23,134 nucleotides of DNA from Promethearchaeati archaeon (lineage in GTDB: Archaea; Asgardarchaeota; Heimdallarchaeia; JABLTI01), in contig JABLTI010000040.1 of assembly GCA_013166835.1 (NCBI GenBank), positions 1 to 23,134 on the forward strand. The letters are read 5' to 3'. Position 1 is the first letter of the stretch. Each line of letters begins with the position of its first letter. Shown here piece by piece: positions 16,766 to 23,134 of the stretch. Both the position numbers and the translations under genes were made by a program. A model generated the notes under the pieces. That model was not told where the DNA came from. It saw only the letters and a program-made list of their open reading frames with translations, and ran no database searches.

Positions 16766-18832
16766 TTATAGTAAATGTTTTTCAACTAAGCTTGTGATTT
16801 CCTCATCTCGCTTTTCGCTTGTTTGAACCACCACATGATCCCCGTCTTTGAAGAATCTCTCAATTTGGAAATGATTGATGAATTCTCGAAAGTTTTCTCG
16901 CAGCAGATAAGTTTCTTGGTCAACAACTAAAGCAAAGAAACATTTATCCCCTGTCTCTAACATAATCGAGACATTACCGTGATCTATTAATTGTAATCCT
17001 CCTTCCTCAGCATCCAATATTGTTTGTCCCATAGTTCTAATTGCAGAAAGTAAACCAGATAATAGATTTGGATTTAATTTAGTTTCCTTATCAAATTCAT
17101 TTTGATAAAAGGGCAATCCAGTTTGTTTTGACATAATAAATAGTGCTTTTATGTCAGCTATGATTGTTTTTGGTCTTGTAACGCTTTCGAAAGATATTGT
17201 AGAGCGAATGGATTTGTTAATCCTGGTGAAAATTCTAACTAATAGATTAGATTTCTCTTTTTCAATTTCAGCTAATTGATTTCTTGCTTCTTGTTCTTTC
17301 TCGAGTAAATTCAATTGCTTCGCTAAATCAATTGCATTATTGAGAATCTTTTTGCTATCTTTCATTTTATTGGTCATTGACAAAAGTAAACCTTGCAAAA
17401 TGTAGACATCAATAAGAACCAATTTGTAGTCTTGATCTTGACATAATCTTTTGGTATCATCAATTTTCTCGAGAGCATTTATCAAAAGAAGATTTTCATT
17501 AGTCATTCGATAATTTAAGAGATCAATTTCAGCTAATTGCAATTTAGTATTGACAATTATTTCAAATAATTTGTTTTCTAATGCTAGTTCTAAAGAAAGC
17601 TCTAGTAATTTTTTAGCTTCTCCAAGATTCGATTGTCGTGCTGCTAATCTTGCTTTCCGTAAGTAGACTTTAGGTATTTCATTTCTTAATTGTCCTTGCC
17701 CGATATCAGCAAGTGCAGAATCTAAAGTCATTTCCGCATCACTAAATTGATCTAGGCTTTCAAAAATATCAGCTCTACATAAATCAAGTGCTATTTTGAT
17801 TTGAGGAGGAACTGTTACATTACTCTTCTTTAAGCTATCAAGAGCAAGATCAGAATTGGAAAGTGCCAATTGGGCATTTCCAAAATCGAGATGCAAATGA
17901 GCAATATTAGTTTCTGTAGCAACTACAATATATTGTGAATCAACATCAGCTTTTTTGGCATTTTCCAAAGCAATATAAAAGTATTTCATAGCCATTTCTA
18001 GATTACCCATATTGCGATAAATGAACCCAATATTATTTGCCATAACTGCAAGCTGTAATTGGTTGGCTAATATTTCTGAAAATTGGAAGGATTCTTCCAA
18101 ATATTCTAAACCCTTTTTCAAATCACCGCTTTCAATTGCACATAATGCAGTATTATTTAGTAACCGGTTGAGTAAATAACGATTTTTAGATTTTCTAACA
18201 AGCGCAATTAATTCTTGACCTGTTGATATCCCTTCCTCTAATTTTCCTTCTCTTCTTCTCATGTTAATAAATACTGATTTACCTAAAGCGTACATTTCAA
18301 TAAATGCAAGAACTAAGTTTTCATCTTCAGAATATTGATTACGTAAACATTCAAATTGAATAGTCAAAGACTCTAGATTGGTATCAATTTTATCAAATTG
18401 CTGAGAATAATAAAGGTAAAGCAATTTTATAGCTTTAATATAGAGTGAATTTAAGGGATCTGCTTTAGAGAATTCTTCTGCTTTTGAGATTACTCCTTCG
18501 ACATCATCGAATTTTCTCTGACTAATTAATGCATAGGCTTTTGTGTTTAATAATCCAGGATGACACTCATCTTTAGCACAAATTTCGTAGACTTCCTCAA
18601 AAGATCCTTGTAAAACAAAGGTATTAGCTGCCATGAATAAAAATTCGGAATTATTAACAATAATTCCTTGTAACTTGTAAATTACAGAAATATTATCAAT
18701 GAAATTCTTCAGCTTATCAGCATTTGGATCAGAATTTTTGTGAATAAAAGAAAGAATTACATTACGAAAATTATCATCTAATCGCCAATAATGTATCATT
18801 AATTCATTTGGCCAATTCTTTATGGAGTCCAT
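16766..18832 (-). CDS. TPR-repeat protein with C-terminal longin/roadblock-like domain
   Basis: TPR-like units (LNNTALCAIESGDLKKGLEYLEES, ANNIGFIYRNMGNLEMAMKYF); C-terminus ALFIMSKQTGLPFY..LLSGLLSAIRTMG..IDHGNVSIMLETGDKCFFALVV. Confidence 0.82.
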   Translation of the reverse strand: MDSIKNWPNELMIHYWRLDDNFRNVILSFIHKNSDPNADKLKNFIDNISVIYKLQGIIVNNSEFLFMAANTFVLQGSFEEVYEICAKDECHPGLLNTKAYALISQRKFDDVEGVISKAEEFSKADPLNSLYIKAIKLLYLYYSQQFDKIDTNLESLTIQFECLRNQYSEDENLVLAFIEMYALGKSVFINMRRREGKLEEGISTGQELIALVRKSKNRYLLNRLLNNTALCAIESGDLKKGLEYLEESFQFSEILANQLQLAVMANNIGFIYRNMGNLEMAMKYFYIALENAKKADVDSQYIVVATETNIAHLHLDFGNAQLALSNSDLALDSLKKSNVTVPPQIKIALDLCRADIFESLDQFSDAEMTLDSALADIGQGQLRNEIPKVYLRKARLAARQSNLGEAKKLLELSLELALENKLFEIIVNTKLQLAEIDLLNYRMTNENLLLINALEKIDDTKRLCQDQDYKLVLIDVYILQGLLLSMTNKMKDSKKILNNAIDLAKQLNLLEKEQEARNQLAEIEKEKSNLLVRIFTRINKSIRSTISFESVTRPKTIIADIKALFIMSKQTGLPFYQNEFDKETKLNPNLLSGLLSAIRTMGQTILDAEEGGLQLIDHGNVSIMLETGDKCFFALVVDQETYLLRENFREFINHFQIERFFKDGDHVVVQTSEKRDEEITSLVEKHLL

Positions 18833-18921
18833 TTACTCTACCACGTAAACTGTTGGTTATTGTAAAATGAATTAGTATTAAGAGTTTTACGTTACTTGTA
18901 AAAAAGAGTGATGAATGTTAA

Positions 18922-19746
18922 TTAATCTTCCATTGTTTTTGTTTTCAACTCTGTAATATCTCTAATGATTGTAACTACTTTCTTCGATTCACTATTAGTT
19001 ACTTGAACAGGAATGGCTTGAGACTGGAACCAACGAACCATATTATCAATAGGTAAGTGATATTCAATGGTTACGATGTCGTTTTTCTCTATTGCTTCTA
19101 AACAATGTGAAAGAAAGAAATCAGCTTGTCCTTTCGGGAAAATTTCATGAAATTTTTTCCCGATTGTTTCTGTGCGAGGTTTGTATAGTAATCTATCATC
19201 TATATTAGGAGAAATGAAAAGTATTCTACCTTCCTCATTAACAATCATAATTAAAGCATTAAAAGTTTCAAAGAAATCGTGAAAAGTACTCATTTCTTTT
19301 TGCATTTCATGCAACTCTTGAGTAGATTTCTTTGTTTCATCCACAATAACTTTTGAAGATTCTTGAAAAGTTCCTGTAACAGTTATGATATCATCCTTCA
19401 TTTTTGCTCTTATGTTTGTATCAACTAGAAATTGCTTGCCTTTTTTCGATGTTAACAGAAATTGCTTGTTATTTAGAATTAACATTCCTTTTTCTTGAAT
19501 TCTATCAAAAATTTGAATATCATCAGATACTAAATCCGGATCCACTAACATTTTCATGAAATCGAAATCTGTTTCTAATTCTTCCTTTGTAGCACATTTG
19601 AGAAAAATCTTTTTTGCGGATTCGTTAATATAAGAAAATGTACCGATTTTTGTTGAATAGGTATATATTAACTCAAAAATACCAATTGGTAAATTATTTA
19701 GAAATTTATTGAAATCCTTTTCACTTTTCTCTGATTTCTTACTCAT
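18922..19746 (-). CDS. Tandem PAS-domain protein with no output domain
   Basis: PAS1 FLNNLPIGIF..YINESA..SKKGKQFLV; PAS2 IMIVNEEGRILFISP..IGKKFHEIFP..RWF..IIRDITELK, then stop; alternative starts at 19761 and 19779. Confidence 0.8.
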   Translation of the reverse strand: MSKKSEKSEKDFNKFLNNLPIGIFELIYTYSTKIGTFSYINESAKKIFLKCATKEELETDFDFMKMLVDPDLVSDDIQIFDRIQEKGMLILNNKQFLLTSKKGKQFLVDTNIRAKMKDDIITVTGTFQESSKVIVDETKKSTQELHEMQKEMSTFHDFFETFNALIMIVNEEGRILFISPNIDDRLLYKPRTETIGKKFHEIFPKGQADFFLSHCLEAIEKNDIVTIEYHLPIDNMVRWFQSQAIPVQVTNSESKKVVTIIRDITELKTKTMED

Positions 19747-19847
19747 GGTTAATCTCTTCATGAAATATACATTTTTCAAATTTTATATAACATGAAAACT
19801 GAAAAATCTTTCTCAGATATATACAAAAAAAAGTAGGAAAAGGAGGA

Positions 19848-21644
19848 TTAGACTAATCCTAATACTCCAATTTTAATATTAGACAAGGTAAGGAAAATCC
19901 CAACAATTACTACAATAGCAATAATTGAAATGATTAATCCTGCTTTATTGTAATCATTTTTGCCTTCACGTTTTCTTGAATTTAATGCAATTAATAATCC
20001 AAAGATACTTGTAACGAAGAAAAATATTGAAAATAAACCAACAAGAGAAAGTGTTAGAGATAACTTAGAATCTCTGAGCTCAGTTCGAGATACGACTACT
20101 TTATCTTTTGAATCAGTTTCAATTTCCGGTCGTTCAACAATGTTAATCCATTCAGCATTATAAAATTGGGTTTCGGCATCTACTTGACCTTTTTGCCACC
20201 ATTTCACATCAGGACCGAATCTTGCCCTTCTAACAGGAATAAGATTATTCGTTATAGTCCGAATAAACCACTCCAGCGAACCTATGTACCCAATCTTCTC
20301 CCAACCCCAGTTTACTAGCGAATAAAATCCAAGAGTAAGCAGAATAATTAAAGCTGTTCCACCCCATTGCAGTTTCGCATATGCCGTTCCTTTCAGAATA
20401 AATGAAGTAAAAGCCCAGACAATGAAGAAGTACCATTGATTGTTATAATTTGTAAAAGCTATTGTTCCAAAACGTCTTACAAATTTACTTCGATTGGCAA
20501 ACTGTTTACTAATTCCACGGAATTCAATTAATCTGAACAATATCGAGAATAGTATAATGCTAAATCCATTAACTGCTAAAAATTGCGCTAACCATGAAAA
20601 TTGCGGTATATAACTCGCATAATAAGGTGTCCATTGTCCATGATTGACAATGGTAAAATAGAAATCAACGATTGGCATAATATCTCCCGTTACCAAAAAC
20701 CCAGTATTAACAGCAACATTACCTATAACAAAGAAAACTCCAATTAAACCAGTCACAAACATCGATAAGCCAATCAAAAACAATTTTCGGGGGAAATTCC
20801 TGTTAATTTTTTCTTTAGGTTGAGAAATAATTATTCCTATTATACTACCAATAAATGAAACTGCGAGATATGGAAAGAGCGGTTCAGTAGGCGATGCAAA
20901 AACATTCAGAAATGGAGCTCTTATGATCTCCCAAAAACTTTCAATGCCAATCCGCGGCGTGGAAATAAGAATTTTCGGATCCAATACTGTAAAAGGATAA
21001 CCGGGAACCATTACATCAACTAAAAGCCAAATTGGTAATGTGAGTGCAATTACAATAATTGCCATAATTATATAACTTTTAATTAGATTTCTTCTATTCT
21101 TCCAGCGACCTTTCATAGATAATAATCCATGAATTATCCCATTGATAATAATGCACCAGGCGATTGTGTGAATAGTTTCGAAATGGTTCCATCGCCAAAG
21201 AGCTATTGCCCAATTTGTTGCTGCTGGATTGTTCAAATTTAGAAAGAAATCTCCAAGAGCTCCCCAGTAGCCGGTGAATCCTTCACAGATCATTGCAAAT
21301 ATTAGTAGGATAAATCCACCTACAATTTGTTTCACGATTAAACTGCGTACTGATTTTCCTTTCTCTAAATCCCGATACATAGAAACCATATTACTAGCTG
21401 CTGAGGCAATTAAGAAGAAACCAGCTAAACCACCAAAGAATGGTATAAAGATCATAGCAGATAGAGCAATAATAGGTTCAGTAACAATGTTAGAATCAGA
21501 CATTAACATATCTGTATCTAGAATATGTTTTACAATGTGAAGAATCACCATAATTAAAATCGCGATTCCTCGAGCAAAATCGAGAGTAACGAATCTTCGC
21601 GGAGGTCGTTTTACCGTCGTATCGATTGATACTATTTCATTCAT
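19848..21644 (-). CDS. Polytopic membrane protein, DUF1624/DUF418 (HGSNAT/acyltransferase-like) family, with a C-terminal DUF4190-like hairpin
   Basis: RFVTLDFARGIAILIMVILH, PLFPY, GTIAFTNY, GSLEWFIR; many TM segments; C-terminal SLTLSLVGLF..ALNSRKREGKN..AGLIIS; ATG 21644 has a CAGGAG RBS (the ORF track starts at 21671). Confidence 0.78.
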   Translation of the reverse strand: MNEIVSIDTTVKRPPRRFVTLDFARGIAILIMVILHIVKHILDTDMLMSDSNIVTEPIIALSAMIFIPFFGGLAGFFLIASAASNMVSMYRDLEKGKSVRSLIVKQIVGGFILLIFAMICEGFTGYWGALGDFFLNLNNPAATNWAIALWRWNHFETIHTIAWCIIINGIIHGLLSMKGRWKNRRNLIKSYIIMAIIVIALTLPIWLLVDVMVPGYPFTVLDPKILISTPRIGIESFWEIIRAPFLNVFASPTEPLFPYLAVSFIGSIIGIIISQPKEKINRNFPRKLFLIGLSMFVTGLIGVFFVIGNVAVNTGFLVTGDIMPIVDFYFTIVNHGQWTPYYASYIPQFSWLAQFLAVNGFSIILFSILFRLIEFRGISKQFANRSKFVRRFGTIAFTNYNNQWYFFIVWAFTSFILKGTAYAKLQWGGTALIILLTLGFYSLVNWGWEKIGYIGSLEWFIRTITNNLIPVRRARFGPDVKWWQKGQVDAETQFYNAEWINIVERPEIETDSKDKVVVSRTELRDSKLSLTLSLVGLFSIFFFVTSIFGLLIALNSRKREGKNDYNKAGLIISIIAIVVIVGIFLTLSNIKIGVLGLV

Positions 21645-21857
21645 AAAATATAATCTCCTGTTTTTCATCAACGAACTTTGAAGCTATAGTTTGCCGTATT
21701 TAAATATGTTTTTGGCGACAAAAATAGAGTTATTCTTATAGAAAAAGAAAAAAAGTAGAGAATAGTAATTCGATTTAATTTTATCATCTATTATTGGACA
21801 AAATTTTAAATATAATCAACTTATAGGAAAAAGACATAGATAATGAGTGGATAAATT

Positions 21858-23134
21858 ATGGCTGTCGTGGTTCCTTTAACTCTAATTATTGCTTTAGCTA
21901 CAGGTGTAGTTGCAATTATTGTTGCGATAATTTTCAGCATACTTGTATTTAGAGAAGATCCTGGAAATGAAAAAATGAGAGAAGTTTCAGGATACATTGA
22001 AGCAGGAGCAAAAAGATTTCTCTGGGTACAATACCGGATATTGTCAATTTTTGTGCTTGTGCTATTTCTAGTAATCATGTTATTCTTACCTTCAGAAAAG
22101 ACAGGAGATACTGTACCAGTTGTCAGTGGAATTATGAATTGGCAGCAAGCTATTTCATATCTTGTTGGTTCAGGAGCTTCAATGCTTGCTGGATATTTAG
22201 GCATGGTTGTTGGTGTGAAAGCAAATACGCGAGCTGCTCAAGGATGCACAAAAAGTCTTGATAAAGGGTTTGATGTTGCATTCTTTGGTGGTGCTGTAAT
22301 GGGTCTTGCTGTTGTAGGATTTGCACTAATCGGTATTTCTGCAATTTATTGGGCCTTCAAAACTCCTAACGTTATTTTAGGGTTCAGCTTTGGAGCAAGT
22401 ACCATTGCACTCTTTATGAAATGTGGTGGTGGAATTTATACTAAAACAGCAGATGTAGGAGCTGATTTAGTAGGAAAAGCAGAATATCATTTACCGGAAG
22501 ATGATGTTCGCAACCCAGCAACAATCGCTGATAATGTTGGTGATAATGTCGGAGATATCGCAGGAATGGGTAGTGATCTTTTCGATTCCTTTGTAGCATC
22601 TATACTTGCGGCAATGATACTTGCATATATTTTAGGAACGGGAGCATTTGCGACTGCCGATGATGCTGTTCGAGGAGCATTTATTGTCTTCCCAATTATT
22701 ATTTCAGCAATTGGTCTTGTTGCTTCTATAATTGGTATTCTCTTAATTAAATGGATGAAAACTAAAGATCCAGGCAAACTGCTTAATTTTGGAACTTATA
22801 TTTCAACTGCTATCTTTGCTGCACTAGGGGCTTTAATTACTTGGATTATTATACTCACAACGAGTACTATCTCGTCTACTGAGATGGTCTACTTATGGAA
22901 GGATTATGCTTGTGTTGTCATAGGTCTGCTTGCTGGTGTGTTAATTGGTTTTATCAGTGATATTTTTACCAGGGATGATAAAGCACCTACGAGAAATGTT
23001 GCTCATGCAGCTCAAGAAGGAGATGCTGTGGTAATTCTCTCTGGTTTTGCTTATGGTATGCTAAGTGTTGTTCCACCAGGTCTTGGAATATCAGCAGCTA
23101 TGATTGGTGCATATTTACTAGATGGAGTATTTGG
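21858..23134 (+). CDS. hppA: Membrane-integral H+/Na+-translocating pyrophosphatase, 5' part (truncated by the window end)
   Basis: Open frame from ATG 21858: PGNEKMREVSGYIEAGAKRFL, KANTRAA, GGAVMG, GGGIYTKTADVGADLVGKAE, PEDDVRNPATIADNVGDNVGDIAGMGSDLF; absent from the ORF track because no stop lies in the window. Confidence 0.96.
   Translation, partial: MAVVVPLTLIIALATGVVAIIVAIIFSILVFREDPGNEKMREVSGYIEAGAKRFLWVQYRILSIFVLVLFLVIMLFLPSEKTGDTVPVVSGIMNWQQAISYLVGSGASMLAGYLGMVVGVKANTRAAQGCTKSLDKGFDVAFFGGAVMGLAVVGFALIGISAIYWAFKTPNVILGFSFGASTIALFMKCGGGIYTKTADVGADLVGKAEYHLPEDDVRNPATIADNVGDNVGDIAGMGSDLFDSFVASILAAMILAYILGTGAFATADDAVRGAFIVFPIIISAIGLVASIIGILLIKWMKTKDPGKLLNFGTYISTAIFAALGALITWIIILTTSTISSTEMVYLWKDYACVVIGLLAGVLIGFISDIFTRDDKAPTRNVAHAAQEGDAVVILSGFAYGMLSVVPPGLGISAAMIGAYLLDGVF

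Noticed and set aside
19960-21540. Short ORFs 19960-20163, 20245-20436 and 21274-21540 (likewise 5031-5249)
   Set aside because: Nested in or antisense to longer, motif-supported CDSs
21821-22777. Minus-strand ORFs 21821-22204, 22150-22344 and 22487-22777
   Set aside because: Antisense shadows of the plus-strand hppA frame, which carries unmistakable mPPase motifs
1-23134. tRNA, rRNA, transposase, integrase or att-site signals
   Set aside because: No GC-rich structured RNA-like blocks, TpsiC-arm motifs in intergenic space, terminal inverted repeats or recombinase ORFs were seen by eye

Overview
AT-rich, gene-dense archaeal chromosomal segment, most likely from an Asgard archaeon (Heimdallarchaeia-like). 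This is inferred from two longin-like domain proteins, a TrmB-HTH/long-helical protein, a Zn-ribbon/RING-like membrane protein, a tungsten AOR, GGTGA/GGAG ribosome-binding sites, TTG starts and BRE/TATA-like promoters. I call 18 CDSs: 16 complete and 2 truncated at the edges. Three are absent from the supplied ORF track: a 5' fragment at 1-63, a 54-aa tail-anchored peptide and the 5' part of a membrane pyrophosphatase. Recognisable metabolic genes are class I (bacterial-type) GAPDH, AOR, a CrtI/COG1233-type FAD oxidoreductase, a flavin reductase and hppA. I saw no RNA genes, CRISPR arrays or mobile elements. Best candidates for undescribed biology: (1) a PUA-less TGT paralog with Glu at the catalytic-nucleophile position, co-oriented with a stand-alone ArcS-type DUF5591 gene and tail-to-tail with a rewired mannose-1-phosphate guanylyltransferase-like enzyme; (2) a receptor-like protein with Ca-binding repeats outside and a degenerate RING-like domain inside; (3) a membrane-anchored longin/Cys-hairpin fusion followed by a tail-anchored microprotein; (4) a TrmB-like protein with about 22 in-register 11-residue repeats. 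All family assignments come from motifs recognised by eye, not from database searches.
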